Source: Patescibacteria group bacterium (GTDB lineage: Bacteria > Patescibacteriota > Minisyncoccia > UBA6257 > 2-01-FULL-56-20). Taken from it: 52,106 nucleotides of DNA. A program made the translations under genes and the position numbers. The DNA lies in contig JBBTVY010000001.1 of the NCBI GenBank assembly GCA_038063055.1, positions 1 to 52,106 on the forward strand, read 5' to 3'. The notes under the pieces are model-generated. The model was not told the origin of the DNA. It ran no database searches and saw only the letters and a program-made list of their open reading frames with translations. This document shows, one piece after another, positions 28,044-37,534 of this stretch (its first letter is position 1; every line of letters starts with the position of its first letter).

Positions 28044-28973
28044 TCAAGCCCTAAATCGTTTTTGCCAGGCTACCGTCTTTATGATTCCTGAATTCAGTGG
28101 CGTGGTTATGCGACAGCCCAGTTTAACGATTTTTTTAATGTCCGCTCTCCAGACTTGGCCATCGGATGATCTTAATCGGCCAGTGAAACTTATTTGCGGC
28201 CTCAATCCCATAGCAGAACCAACCGTCTTGGCAATTTCTAGCGTTGAATAAAGTTTGCCCGAACCCAAATTGTAAACACTGCCGTCATAATTTCCTCGCT
28301 CGGCCACCCGAATTATGTTTTTGATTTGATCGTCAATAAAAACTAAATCGCGCGCTTGCTTGCCGTCTCCGATGATCTCCAAATCTTCAGGATTTTTAGA
28401 AAGCTTTTCTATGAAATCAAAAATGATTTGCCGTTTATGGCCTGGTCCATAAGTTGAAAAAAGACGCAAAGAAAGGGCGGGTATCCCGTACTGTCTGGCG
28501 TATACGGAAACGTATCGTTCTCCGGTTAGTTTAGATACTCCGTATGGCGAAATCGGTAACGGCACCGAGATATCTTCCGATAGTTTCTTATCCCGACAGT
28601 TTCCGTACACTGCCACCGAAGAAGCGAAAACAAATCGCGGCCGGGATTTTAATCCTCTTAGTATTTCAAGAATTTTAAGAGTAGAAACGGCGTTTGTTTT
28701 GAAATCAATAATTGGTTTTTGAACAGAACAGTACGGATCGGCATTGCCGGCAAAATGAAAAATATAATCAAAATGGCTGTTCTTAAGAAACTTTAAAAAC
28801 TTACTTGAACGGACATCGGCACGGATAAAACGGGTTTTCTTCGGCAACTGTCCTTGCCAATTATTTCTCCCAACAACCACTACCTGATTTATTTTTGCTA
28901 ACTCTTTTACAAGATTACTGCCTATAAAACCAGTCCCGCCAGTCACCAAGACTTTTCTATTCCCTGAGACCAT
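28044..28973 (-). CDS. NAD-dependent epimerase/dehydratase
   Basis: TGGTGFIG, SSVAVYG, YGVSK. Confidence 0.9.
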   Translation of the reverse strand: MVSGNRKVLVTGGTGFIGSNLVKELAKINQVVVVGRNNWQGQLPKKTRFIRADVRSSKFLKFLKNSHFDYIFHFAGNADPYCSVQKPIIDFKTNAVSTLKILEILRGLKSRPRFVFASSVAVYGNCRDKKLSEDISVPLPISPYGVSKLTGERYVSVYARQYGIPALSLRLFSTYGPGHKRQIIFDFIEKLSKNPEDLEIIGDGKQARDLVFIDDQIKNIIRVAERGNYDGSVYNLGSGKLYSTLEIAKTVGSAMGLRPQISFTGRLRSSDGQVWRADIKKIVKLGCRITTPLNSGIIKTVAWQKRFRA

Positions 28974-28983
28974 AATTACAATC

Positions 28984-29709
28984 CTAATTTAACGGAACCG
29001 CTGAGTCAAACCAAGAACGTTTAATTTTGTGAAGCGCGGCCAAACATTTAAATCCGGCTCCAAAAAGATGGGCAACTTTTGACTGACCATGAATCCGTGA
29101 GGTGAAAGTGACCGGGATTTCTTTTACTTTGCCGCCACTTGCCTTGTAAGCCAAAAAACTTTCCTGAATGAAAAAATCTGGGTGACCAAAAAAAGTTATC
29201 TGCCCTTTAATTTTTTTAAAAACATCTCTACGAATCCCCCGGAGGGCAAAACTTGGATCTTTTATTGAAATTCCCAGATACCAGCCCGAGATCAAATTAA
29301 TAATCCTGCTGCCAACACGCTTAAGCCAAAAAACATTGCTCGAACCTCCTTTTATATAGCGAGAACCAAGCACAAAATGGACCCCTGACTCAAGTTCAAA
29401 AATGATTTGCTTTATAGCCGAAAGACCGACTAAAAAATCCGCTTCCATTGTAATGATGAAATTTCCATTTGCCTTGCTCATCCCCTGAAAATAAGCCGAC
29501 CCGAGACCTTGCTTTGCTGGACGCTTAATCAAGCGGATTGCCGGATTTTTCCTCGCTTCGGCGGAAATTAATTCGCCGGTCCCGTCAGGGCTGGAATCAT
29601 CAACAAAAATAATTTCATAATCTTTCAGACCGAGTTTTTGTATCTCTGAAAGTAGAGGTTTTATATTGTCTTTCTCATTATACGTTGGGATGATAAGCGA
29701 GATTAGCAT
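28984..29709 (-). CDS. DPM1-like polyprenol-phosphate glycosyltransferase (GT2)
   Basis: IIPTYNEKDNI, DDSSPDGT, GLGSAY, GSRY, EIPVTF..R..GQSK. Confidence 0.88.
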   Translation of the reverse strand: MLISLIIPTYNEKDNIKPLLSEIQKLGLKDYEIIFVDDSSPDGTGELISAEARKNPAIRLIKRPAKQGLGSAYFQGMSKANGNFIITMEADFLVGLSAIKQIIFELESGVHFVLGSRYIKGGSSNVFWLKRVGSRIINLISGWYLGISIKDPSFALRGIRRDVFKKIKGQITFFGHPDFFIQESFLAYKASGGKVKEIPVTFTSRIHGQSKVAHLFGAGFKCLAALHKIKRSWFDSAVPLN

Positions 29710-29871
29710 GTTTCCTATTCTAACTCAATCTGCATTCTCTCACCAACAGGCATTATCATAATCATGATAAATTGCTGTCTTTCTACTATTAGGTAAATAT
29801 TTCTTGTAATGTCGGCCATCCTACTTTTTATAGTCTGGCGTTAGTATATAATGTTGTGTATCGTAATCTAT

Positions 29872-31209
29872 ATGCAACGTTTATCAAAAATCCTAATTGT
29901 CCTGGCAGCGGCGGCGCTGCCTTTTAAATACGGTCCAATCTATGCATGGCCATTCGTATTCCTCATCCTTGCCGCCGCCGCGTTTAAATTAGTCTCGATA
30001 ACCGCAAACAAGACGGAAAACGAGCCGAGGGAATTTTTTTTTGGGACTAAAGTACTATCTTTTTTCTTTCTTTTTCTGGCTATCGGCTCAGTAAATAATT
30101 GGCTAATATACGGCATAAGTTATACCACTCTGAAAGCGATTATTATAGATTTCTTGCTCTTGGGAATCTACGCAATCGGTTTTCTCTTGGTTTTATCTTA
30201 TGGCGCCGATCCAAAATTTCGAAAAAGCGTTCTTGCTGGGTTTCTGGCGCCATTAGTTTTTACGCCATTTGTGTTTATGCCAGATTTGGCGAAGAAACTC
30301 AATTTTGTGTCAGGGACAAATATGTTTGAGGGTCTCCAGAAAGGAGAGCCAACCTCCTTCGCCAGCATTGTGCTTATACCATTCATAATACTTACTGTAT
30401 CCTTTATGAGAGAGACTGACTGGAAACGAAAATTATTCTATCTTTTTGGTATTACTCTTACTTCTTCGCTTATCCTTTGGAGCGGCGTGCGAATCTCCTG
30501 GTTTGCGGCCTGTTTCTCGGCGTTACTTATCCTTATTTTTGAACTCAAGCGCAAAAAAACTTATCGATTAAAGTTCGCTGCCACAACATTTTCCTTGCTC
30601 GCCGCAGCCGCTCTTGTTTCTTTTATTGTCCTTTCCCATGACGCTCAAATATCAATCTTGAATCGGGTTTTTCCCCAAGTTACCGAATACACTTATAGTG
30701 AAGAAATTATCAAAAGCACTTCTCTCCCAAAGGCTCTTAATAAAATTATCCAAAATCCTAAACCTTACCTGCTATACCAACATCGCGACTCCATCTGGCC
30801 GCAAGCAACAAGATTGCTTGTGCAAAATCCCTTCGGTCTCGGTCTTAATTACCATGTTTCCTCTCGCGCCATCTTGCAGGACGGCCAAATTACCAAGGCT
30901 CATAATCTTTTCCTTGAAGTCGGTCTTCAGGGCGGTATTGGCGCCCTTATTATTTACTCATTTTTTATTTGGAAGCTTGTTTCTTGCATAATGAACGCGC
31001 GGAAAAAAAACGAAGAATGGCTTATTCTTAGCGTTGCATTCTCGAGTTTGTTTATTATTGCCTTTGTAAACGGCGTTTTTTTAATAAACGATATTTTTAT
31101 CGCCGCATTAATATTATCATTAGAACAGATTATCCCTGTTTCGGGTAATGGCGGAGGACAAAGAAATCTTCCTAAAGTTTTTTTAGATACCAATCAATCT
31201 TCCGTCTGA
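29872..31209 (+). CDS. O-antigen ligase/polymerase-family membrane protein
   Basis: Multiple TMs; WSGVRISW, R..IW, NPFGLG, AHNLFLE. Confidence 0.85.
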   Translation: MQRLSKILIVLAAAALPFKYGPIYAWPFVFLILAAAAFKLVSITANKTENEPREFFFGTKVLSFFFLFLAIGSVNNWLIYGISYTTLKAIIIDFLLLGIYAIGFLLVLSYGADPKFRKSVLAGFLAPLVFTPFVFMPDLAKKLNFVSGTNMFEGLQKGEPTSFASIVLIPFIILTVSFMRETDWKRKLFYLFGITLTSSLILWSGVRISWFAACFSALLILIFELKRKKTYRLKFAATTFSLLAAAALVSFIVLSHDAQISILNRVFPQVTEYTYSEEIIKSTSLPKALNKIIQNPKPYLLYQHRDSIWPQATRLLVQNPFGLGLNYHVSSRAILQDGQITKAHNLFLEVGLQGGIGALIIYSFFIWKLVSCIMNARKKNEEWLILSVAFSSLFIIAFVNGVFLINDIFIAALILSLEQIIPVSGNGGGQRNLPKVFLDTNQSSV

Positions 31210-31850
31210 TGTGGCTTGTTCAAAGTGGCGTACAAATATCCGCACTTGTCGCCGGTATATTCCGTTTTTACATCAAATCCCTGCGCCTTGAGTTTTTCTT
31301 CAATCGGCTCCGGTAAACGATGAAATTCCATTGCTATATTTTTGAATTTCCGTAAATCTTTCGTGTTTCTGAAAATTTTGAATTCTCCTCCTTCAATATC
31401 CATCTTCAGAAAATCCGCGCCGGAAACGTCGTCAAGGGAAGAAACATATTTCTGATTCACTTCAGCTTCAACTCTGTTGGCAAGCAAATTAAGCCGACTG
31501 AAAAGGACCCTCCTTTCGTCGGCTTCATAACCAATCGCCGTCGCGCCCTTCTTCAAGGCATAAACGAGGTATTCTCCGATGCCCGAGCCGATATCCAAAA
31601 CGGCGTCGCCCGATTTCAATTTATAGCATTTGTTATATCTATCCTCGATAAAAATTTCCTGAAATGAACCGAAGCCCTGTTCTCCGGCGTTTTTCCTGCC
31701 GTCCTGCATCAGGAAAAAAGAAATACCGTTCCGCAGGCGGAATAAGATTACTTTGTGCGGCTTGAGCAATTTGAATCTGTCCAAAACCCACAAAGGCCAG
31801 TCTTTAAAAACCAACACGCCCCGAATCAGAAGATTCAATTTTCTCATCAT
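31194..31850 (-). CDS. FkbM-family methyltransferase
   Basis: EIFIED.Y, VLDIGSGIG, LKMDIEGGE, MEFH. Confidence 0.85.
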   Translation of the reverse strand: MMRKLNLLIRGVLVFKDWPLWVLDRFKLLKPHKVILFRLRNGISFFLMQDGRKNAGEQGFGSFQEIFIEDRYNKCYKLKSGDAVLDIGSGIGEYLVYALKKGATAIGYEADERRVLFSRLNLLANRVEAEVNQKYVSSLDDVSGADFLKMDIEGGEFKIFRNTKDLRKFKNIAMEFHRLPEPIEEKLKAQGFDVKTEYTGDKCGYLYATLNKPHQTED

Positions 31851-31856
31851 TACGGC

Positions 31857-32918
31857 TTAAAACTTGAAATCCTTTTTATACCACTCGGCGTAATCTCGAA
31901 CCGATTTTTCGGTCGTAAACCTGGGCCTCCAGCCTGTTTTTTTGAGTTTGGAAACGTCGGAAACGGCGTGCCGCGTGTCGGTTCGCCTAAAGCCTCCGAT
32001 AACTATGGGCGAAGTTGAACCGGTTATTTTCTTGACCGTCTTCGCGAAATCGAGAATGCCGTACGCCCTGCCGCCCCCGACATTGAAAATTTCGAAATTT
32101 GTTTTTTTGTTTTTCAGAACGAGAAGGTTGGCCGAAACCACATCCTCAATATTGACGAAATCGCGCGTCTGCTTGCCGTCTTCATAAACTGTAATCGGCT
32201 TTTTCGCCAGCGCCTGCGTTACGAATATGCGCAATGCTCCGGAATAAAGATTGCGCGGCGATTGTCTCGGTCCCTGAACGATTGAGTAACGAATAAGTGT
32301 AGTTGGTATATCGTAAGTCTTGCCGAAACGGAGCGCCAGTCGTTCAATGGCTTCTTTCGAAAGGCCGTAGGAATTGGTCGGCGTCAGCTGTTGGTCTTCT
32401 CGAAAAGGACAGAACTTCGCCGGCTGGCCATGGCGGCAAAGAATGTCGAATTTTTTTGATTTGAATTGTTTTTCCGTGCGCAATTCCGGAAAAAAGAACT
32501 TTTTATCATGTTTGCACCGATACATCCCGTCGCCGTAAGTGAACTGCGTGCTCGCGAGGATTACTTTTTTAACAGGCAATTTTTTTTCGACAATCAGTTC
32601 GTAAAGAATGGCTGAACTTACCGTGTTGGTATGGAAAAATTTGCTGAAATCCGGCCTCTGGTCCTGATAAGCCGCGAGATGGTAAACGTACGAAACTCCT
32701 TTTAATGCCTTGAGCCAATCCTCTTTTTTTCGAACGTCGCCCCTGATTAACTTGAACCCCTTATTTAAAACGTAATTGGGCCAGCGCCCGTCGTGAACCG
32801 GCGGCTCAAGATTGTCCAAAATGACGATTAAATATCCTTTTTTTGAAAGCGCGTCGGCCGTGTGCGAACCAATGAAACCTGCACCGCCAGTAATGAGAAT
32901 TTTTTCCTTTTTGGCCAT
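31857..32918 (-). CDS. NAD-dependent epimerase/dehydratase
   Basis: TGGAGFIG, YGLSK, RDFVNIED. Cys-containing insert after the catalytic S/T. Confidence 0.9.
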   Translation of the reverse strand: MAKKEKILITGGAGFIGSHTADALSKKGYLIVILDNLEPPVHDGRWPNYVLNKGFKLIRGDVRKKEDWLKALKGVSYVYHLAAYQDQRPDFSKFFHTNTVSSAILYELIVEKKLPVKKVILASTQFTYGDGMYRCKHDKKFFFPELRTEKQFKSKKFDILCRHGQPAKFCPFREDQQLTPTNSYGLSKEAIERLALRFGKTYDIPTTLIRYSIVQGPRQSPRNLYSGALRIFVTQALAKKPITVYEDGKQTRDFVNIEDVVSANLLVLKNKKTNFEIFNVGGGRAYGILDFAKTVKKITGSTSPIVIGGFRRTDTRHAVSDVSKLKKTGWRPRFTTEKSVRDYAEWYKKDFKF

Positions 32919-32919
32919 A

Positions 32920-33879
32920 TTATTCCGTATAGAATAGCATCTTGTGTTTCAGTTGCCAAAAGAATTTTACTAAGCCTGAAATCAATTTACCTGGGATAAC
33001 TTTCACGAACAAGATTATGAACGGATAAAATGCAATCCTCCAGCTACCTTTGAGCGCGTCTTTTAAAACAACGATGGCTTCTTTTTTCTCTTCGAGCAAA
33101 AGATGGGCTACGGCAAGTTTGGTTTTCAAAAGTCGAAAAATTTTATCTTCGCCGTATTTTTTCCTTTCGTCCCCGGACATTCTCGAAAAAAGCGCTTCAA
33201 AACTTCTCAGATTCATTTTTTTCATCTTTACCTGATTATGGAAACCAGACAGGCTTTTTTTGCTTATTCGATTGTAATGAAGCGGTTTGTCAACAAATCC
33301 GAATTTAACGCCGCGATAAGCCAGACGCCGCCAAAGGTCCCAGTCTTCCGCGTCACGGAAATCAGGGTTAAATCCGTTTTCGAAAGCAAAAACTTCCCGC
33401 CGTATCATTACCGAGCCTGGATTTATGAACTGGTGCCGCAGAAGGTCGCGGAAAATGTCTCCGTCCGGCATAGGCCGGTCGTATTCGTACATTTTTTCAG
33501 GCGCGTCGTCATAAAAACTCAAAACGCGGCAGTAAGCGACCCCATAATCATGATTGATTTCGAGGAAATTCACTTCCTCTTCTACTTTCTCCAAGGCGTC
33601 GATATCGTCCGTGTCAAGAAACGTTATGTAATCTCCATGCGACAATTCGAATGCTTTGTTTCTGGCTCTTGAAATCCCCCCGTTGGGTTGTTCGAAATAA
33701 ACGACTCTTTTGTCGCTCAAATAAGGCTTTACCGCTTCCGCCGTGCCATCGACGGAGCCGTCGTTAATAATTATTACTTCTATGCTGGGATAGGTTTGGC
33801 CAAGGGCGGAATCCACAGCCACTTTCACGTATTTTTCCGCGTTATATGCCGGGATTATGATTGAAACAAGAGATTTCAT
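32920..33879 (-). CDS. GT2 glycosyltransferase
   Basis: SIIIPAYN, NDGSVD, FLDTDD, AEDWDLW. Confidence 0.9.
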   Translation of the reverse strand: MKSLVSIIIPAYNAEKYVKVAVDSALGQTYPSIEVIIINDGSVDGTAEAVKPYLSDKRVVYFEQPNGGISRARNKAFELSHGDYITFLDTDDIDALEKVEEEVNFLEINHDYGVAYCRVLSFYDDAPEKMYEYDRPMPDGDIFRDLLRHQFINPGSVMIRREVFAFENGFNPDFRDAEDWDLWRRLAYRGVKFGFVDKPLHYNRISKKSLSGFHNQVKMKKMNLRSFEALFSRMSGDERKKYGEDKIFRLLKTKLAVAHLLLEEKKEAIVVLKDALKGSWRIAFYPFIILFVKVIPGKLISGLVKFFWQLKHKMLFYTE

Positions 33880-33882
33880 GTT

Positions 33883-33924
33883 GTGTACAGACTACAGCTT
33901 ACTGACTACAGCTGACAGTCGTAG
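33883..33924. repeat. Heptamer array, left flank of the four-helix-bundle gene
   Basis: gtgtaca gactaca gcttact gactaca gctgaca gtcgtag. Confidence 0.8.
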
Positions 33925-34278
33925 CTAGAGAAGCTTTTTTATTAACGAGTTAATTTTCGATGCCAATATATTAGCCGACTTATAAAGATAATCAAATTCC
34001 TCCTGATTAATAAAGTTTTGGTCAATTGTGATATACAATGCCGTTACGACTTCCTCCAACGAGGTTATACTTATCCGCAGGAATCTAACGAATTCCTTAT
34101 CCGATTTTCTATCAGCACCTTCAGCTATATTCAAAGTCACTGAAACAGCAGCTCGACGAATTTGCGAAGTTAGTCCGAATTGTTCTTCTTTCGGAAACTT
34201 GCTGGACAAAATATAAATCTCACTGGTAAATTTTCTGGCGAGTTTCCATGTTTCTAAATTTTCAAACCTGAAATACAT
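33925..34278 (-). CDS. Four helix bundle protein (23S rRNA IVP / Avd-like family)
   Basis: FENLETW, FPKEEQFGLTSQIRRAAVSVTLNIAEG, SLEEV. Confidence 0.93.
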   Translation of the reverse strand: MYFRFENLETWKLARKFTSEIYILSSKFPKEEQFGLTSQIRRAAVSVTLNIAEGADRKSDKEFVRFLRISITSLEEVVTALYITIDQNFINQEEFDYLYKSANILASKINSLIKKLL

Positions 34279-34313
34279 GTTAGCAGTAGTCAGTAGTCTG
34301 TAAGCCGTAGTCC
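34279..34313. repeat. Heptamer array, right flank of the four-helix-bundle gene (inverted relative to the left)
   Basis: gttagca gtagtca gtagtct gtaagcc gtagtcc. GTAGTC is the reverse complement of GACTAC. It encodes the last residues and stop of the upstream GT. Confidence 0.8.
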
Positions 34314-35453
34314 AATCCTTTCAAATATCTCTCTGAACCTTTTTTCATAAGTGTGGTCTTTTATGGTCCGTTCGTAGCCGGCAAGCGCGATTTTTTTACG
34401 TTCGTCTTCATTGGCTAGATAATATTTCACCATTTCTGGAATTTCCTTTTCATCGCGGTAAACCGCTATTTCTTTCCCGATTTCGTAATAACGTTCCAAT
34501 CCCTTGGCATATCCAGCCAGAAGAAAGCCGCCACAAGCCGGTATCTCGAATACACGACCCTTTATTTGTGAAATTTTCCGGCCGACGAACCACGAACGGA
34601 AATTCCTCGGGAAGCGCCAGAAATCAGGAACTATTTTTTCGACACTCCTCCTGAAAAAAATTTTGCCTAACGATTTGAGCGAATAATCCATATTCGGCTG
34701 GTTGAGTCCAAGATTTATTTTGCTCTGCCCGAAAAGTTTTATCATTTCCTCTTCGGAAATTCTTCCTCCGCCCCCGCCTGCTAGCGCCTTTGGCGCAAGC
34801 CAATGGCGGGCAGGCCAGCCGGCTCCGAACACGGAAACGCTGATTCCTGACTTTCTTAGCGCATCGACGACTCTCTGTCGCGCCTTGTTCCACGAACCGA
34901 CCAAGCTTACATCGGCTGACGGACTACTGACTACTGCTGACTGCTTACTGCTTGCTGTAGTCTGCCCATCTGTAGTCTGTAGTCCGTAAGCCGTCGGCTT
35001 GTATAATGCCGTATTCGCCGCCCAGCAGGATTTTATGACGTTTTTTAGTCCGAGTTTCCGGTACCACTCGAGTGGCTCGTCATAAACCGTTACGACCCAG
35101 TCGAAATACGGCGTCCAATGGTGGGAATAGCTCCAGAATCTCCAGGTATCGTCCGGAAACCAGGCCAGTGTTTTCGTCTGCGTCTCGCGCCTTATTTTCG
35201 AAAGCGTTTCTTTGCTTACTTCATCGGTCAGCATAAACACGAAAAGCAAATCCGGCTGCCATGATTTTACGGCTTCAAAAAGTTCTTCATTGAATTTCTT
35301 TTTGCCAACTTCGAGAATCCTGTCGAATGGAAAATATTTAATTTCAACGCCCGGCAAATCTTTCAAGCTCAAATAAAAATTATTATGCTCGAAACTTAGC
35401 CCGTAGCTTTTCTTGTAAAAAGAATATTGTATTCCGGTATAAAGTATTTTCAT
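34290..35453 (-). CDS. CgeB-like glycosyltransferase with two in-frame repeat insertions
   Basis: WFPDDTWRF, KGRVFEIPACGGFL, HTYEKR. Has 14-aa and about 21-aa extra segments relative to paralog 16824. Confidence 0.85.
   Translation of the reverse strand: MKILYTGIQYSFYKKSYGLSFEHNNFYLSLKDLPGVEIKYFPFDRILEVGKKKFNEELFEAVKSWQPDLLFVFMLTDEVSKETLSKIRRETQTKTLAWFPDDTWRFWSYSHHWTPYFDWVVTVYDEPLEWYRKLGLKNVIKSCWAANTALYKPTAYGLQTTDGQTTASSKQSAVVSSPSADVSLVGSWNKARQRVVDALRKSGISVSVFGAGWPARHWLAPKALAGGGGGRISEEEMIKLFGQSKINLGLNQPNMDYSLKSLGKIFFRRSVEKIVPDFWRFPRNFRSWFVGRKISQIKGRVFEIPACGGFLLAGYAKGLERYYEIGKEIAVYRDEKEIPEMVKYYLANEDERKKIALAGYERTIKDHTYEKRFREIFERIGLRLTDY
34773..34814. mobile_element. 42-bp palindromic in-frame insertion
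   Basis: CCCGCC..GCGCC-TTT-GGCGC..GGCGGG-CAGG, encoding PARHWLAPKALAGG. Confidence 0.7.
34915..34999. repeat. Head-to-head heptamer arrays inside a coding region
   Basis: gctgacg gactact gactact gctgact gcttact gcttgct, then gtagtct gcccatct gtagtct gtagtcc gtaagcc gtcggct. Confidence 0.8.
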
Positions 35454-35455
35454 GA

Positions 35456-36655
35456 TTACTTGTTTCCTAAAGCTATTTCTATAAACCCTCTGGCGTAAGC
35501 ATCCCAGCTTACGTTTTCCTTGACGAATCTTTGCCCGTTTGACGTTATCTTCCCATAAAAACTGCTATCTTTCATCAAAATTTCCACTTTTTCTGCAAGT
35601 TGATTTGGATTTAAGGGTTCAAAGAAGAGGGCGTTTTCGCCGTCTTTGAGAACTTCGGCGTCGCTTGAACCGCTGCAAACGACAAGCGGCAAGCCGGCGC
35701 TCATGGCTTCAAACGGCGCTATTCCCCAAATCTTAATGTGTGTCGCATATATATAAACATCGCTTTGCCGGTAAACATCCATAAAATCTTTCTCGGCAAC
35801 ACCCTCAAACCTGGCGTCTATATAATTTTTGATGCCGGAATTTTCTATAAAGCTTTCGAATTCCTCGCGGTAAATTTTGTCCGCCCAAAAATCCTGACAG
35901 ACAAGCAATGTGCGCGCGTCATATCCTTTTTTCCGCAAAATTGCAGTAGCGCTGATGACATCTTCGAATCTTCTGTAGCGCCCAAGAGAGCCGACGCTTA
36001 AAAGGGCGATTTTTTTGGAGTCCGGCTTGCTTTTTACGGGCCTGTAAAAAGATTCGAAATCAACCCCGCCCCTTAAAATTCTGGTATTCAATCCCAATTC
36101 TTTTTCCGCAATCTCTTTATTTCTGTTGTCAATCACAACAGCGATATCCGCTTTTTTGAAAAATCTCCTTTCTATTTTTTCCTGAACAGCGTAAAAAATT
36201 TTGCTTGAAATATTTCTGATAAACCCCTTTTTGGGATTAAAATCGAACGGCGAATCGTGCATTGTCCAAATAAATTTTGCTTTTGGATTCCTCTTTTTAT
36301 ACAGCGCTCCCACTCTGTAGGAAAAATCCGTATGACAATTGACGATATCAAAGTCGTTTTCCATCGCATCGGCTATTCTCCTGGCGTTCAGCGCCGCCAA
36401 TTTGTATAGCCTCAAGCTTCCCAATATCTTTCCGAATGTGGTCTTTGAGCCGAATACTGAAGAAAAGGGAATGTCGCCTTTGATTTCCCTGATATCAAGG
36501 CCCCTGGAAAGAACAGGGAAACAATTCGGATTATAATCCGCGGTGAATATTACAACCGCATTGCCCTGCTTTTTGAGCGATTGGGCGAAAGAAAACAAAA
36601 GCCGGGAAGCGCCAGCTTCGGTCGCAAGATTAAATAATACGATAGCTATTTTCAT
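35456..36655 (-). CDS. GT4 glycosyltransferase
   Basis: GGVD, WGIAPFEAMSAGLP, GT-B layout. Confidence 0.88.
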   Translation of the reverse strand: MKIAIVLFNLATEAGASRLLFSFAQSLKKQGNAVVIFTADYNPNCFPVLSRGLDIREIKGDIPFSSVFGSKTTFGKILGSLRLYKLAALNARRIADAMENDFDIVNCHTDFSYRVGALYKKRNPKAKFIWTMHDSPFDFNPKKGFIRNISSKIFYAVQEKIERRFFKKADIAVVIDNRNKEIAEKELGLNTRILRGGVDFESFYRPVKSKPDSKKIALLSVGSLGRYRRFEDVISATAILRKKGYDARTLLVCQDFWADKIYREEFESFIENSGIKNYIDARFEGVAEKDFMDVYRQSDVYIYATHIKIWGIAPFEAMSAGLPLVVCSGSSDAEVLKDGENALFFEPLNPNQLAEKVEILMKDSSFYGKITSNGQRFVKENVSWDAYARGFIEIALGNK

Positions 36656-36774
36656 TTAAGAGCGCACATTGGCCTCCTCGGCTAATGCGCCTTAGTATAG
36701 CTTGCCGGGCGGAAAAAAGTGAAGGATTTCAATCGGGTAAATTATTTGCGGCCCGGCTTAAACTCAAAATACAA

Positions 36775-37530
36775 TTAATTTTTGTATATGCCTATATAAA
36801 TGCCGTTGGATGCGGGGAACGGATAACCGTAGCGCGAATCCTTCACCTCCTCATATTTTGCTTCGCGCCATTCGTTGTCCTTGGATAAGCGCTTCATAAA
36901 ATACACAGGAATGCCCAATTTATCCTCGGCTACTAACTTATCCAAATTGGGGTTATAGCCCATCGGCATAGACATATATAATATTCCGCCCGGCGCAAGA
37001 AGTTTCTTTTGCACTTCAACCGCTCTTGGGATTTTAGTGGGGTCCTTTTCTTCCGGAAAGTCATATCCTATGTGTTCCATCGTTCCCATGCTGACAATTC
37101 TTTTATAGAGCTTATTTGGGGCGAATCCGATTATATCTTCATTCCTCACGCCAGGGCCCATTTCATATTTGTCGACTATATCATGACCTATGGGATAATA
37201 CTGCCTGAGAACATTTCCTATTTCGAGCACGCTACTTGGGTCAACGTCTTTTACCAAATCAATGACGATGGGTACCTCGGCGGACCGTTCATTGCGCCAT
37301 GTAAAATTTTTCTTGCTGTAGAGATAATTATATTTCTTTCCCTGGAATGTGAATGAAGGAATCCGCCGCGCGCGGAAATTGCTGTGAATGTGATGCATAA
37401 GTGTCCAATAGGGACGTTGGAAAAAATAAAGTTTTATTTTGTAAAAAACAGTTGATAAGAACCCTTTGACTCCTTTTCTGTTATAGGCGTTCCTTATTCT
37501 TTGATAAAAATTTGTGGTTGTTTTAGCCAT
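36775..37530 (-). CDS. Hypothetical protein, SAM-methyltransferase-like
   Basis: NERSAEVP, VLEIGNV, SMGTMEHIG, LAPGG. Confidence 0.6.
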   Translation of the reverse strand: MAKTTTNFYQRIRNAYNRKGVKGFLSTVFYKIKLYFFQRPYWTLMHHIHSNFRARRIPSFTFQGKKYNYLYSKKNFTWRNERSAEVPIVIDLVKDVDPSSVLEIGNVLRQYYPIGHDIVDKYEMGPGVRNEDIIGFAPNKLYKRIVSMGTMEHIGYDFPEEKDPTKIPRAVEVQKKLLAPGGILYMSMPMGYNPNLDKLVAEDKLGIPVYFMKRLSKDNEWREAKYEEVKDSRYGYPFPASNGIYIGIYKN

Positions 37531-37534
37531 TTGG

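Noticed and set aside
33925-34278. Diversity-generating retroelement (Avd-like gene)
   Set aside because: No reverse transcriptase and no TR/VR pair seen in the window.
33883-34999. CRISPR array
   Set aside because: The repeats are degenerate 7-mers without spacers, and there are no cas genes.
36660-36765. Hairpins GCGCACATTGGC..GCTAATGCGC and GCCGGGC..GCCCGGC
   Set aside because: Short, seen once, and not matching any repeat family in the window; function cannot be supported.
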